Assembly (NCBI RefSeq): GCF_006345805.1
Contig: NC_043016.1
Span: 17,112,001-17,176,000 of the forward strand
Direction: 5' to 3'
Source of the DNA: Octopus sinensis
Taxonomy: Eukaryota
DNA: 64,000 bases
Within the stretch, counting starts at the first letter, position 1. Every line of letters begins with the position of its first letter. The notes beneath the pieces are model-generated. The model saw only the letters and a program-made list of their open reading frames with translations. It was not told the origin of the DNA and did not search any database. A program made the position numbers and the translations under genes. This document shows, one piece after another, positions 63,360 through 64,000 of this stretch.

Positions 63360-63935
63360 TGTGTGTGTGCGTGTATACATAAATACATACTTATATACAA
63401 ACTTATGTGCATATATGTATATACATACACATATGAAACATGCATATATATATATGTGTGTGTGTGAGTGTGTGTATTACATAAATACATACATACAAAC
63501 GCACACATACACACGCACGAACACACACACACACACACTCATACACACATACGCACACACACACAAACATTCATTCATACATACACGCGCACATACGTGC
63601 TTACATACATACATACATACAAACATACATACATACAAACATACATACATACAGACGCACATACATACATACATACATACATACACATACATACATACAT
63701 ACATACATACATACATGCATACATACATACATACATACATACATGCATACATACATATATACATACATACATACATACATATATACATGCATACATACAT
63801 ACATGCATACATACATACATACATACATACATACATACATACATACATACATACATACATACATACATACATACATACATACATACATACATACATACAT
63901 ACACACGCATATACACACATACATACATAACAAAA
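63020..63935. repeat. (TA)n/(CA)n/(TACA)n microsatellite block
   Basis: Direct reading. Confidence 0.9.
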
Positions 63936-64000
63936 CATAACATAACGCAGTCAATGTTTACGAATTTTCTTCGGTTGATTTCTCGAAAATGGTAAATTGT

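Overview
Eukaryotic, AT-rich, repeat-saturated DNA. The SINE, LINE and microsatellite content looks like an Octopus (coleoid cephalopod) genome; this is an inference from pattern recognition. There is one 100-N gap (11878-11977). I could not identify a host protein-coding gene; only a few isolated candidate exons exist, mostly on the minus strand. Nearly all long ORFs in the track come from microsatellites or transposons. The window holds at least five tRNA-derived SINE types (A-E, my working labels), many as tandem multimers. Its LINEs are Tx1/L1-like, R4/Dong-like, RTE-like and a nearly intact CR1. It also has Penelope-like elements carrying hammerhead-ribozyme (HHR) motifs, a DD37E Tc1-like transposon, a mariner fragment and several palindromic MITE-like elements. 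Highlights: (1) a composite non-autonomous element with a tRNA-derived Pol III head and a Penelope-type hammerhead tail (34517-34985); (2) two well-formed type I hammerheads in the inverted arms of one element (47979-49087); (3) a SINE family sharing its 3' end with a Tx1-clade LINE; (4) a twin-priming-like inversion suggesting multimeric SINE RNAs are retrotransposed as a unit; (5) a hairpin element centred on a tRNA-like gene inserted into the DD37E transposase.
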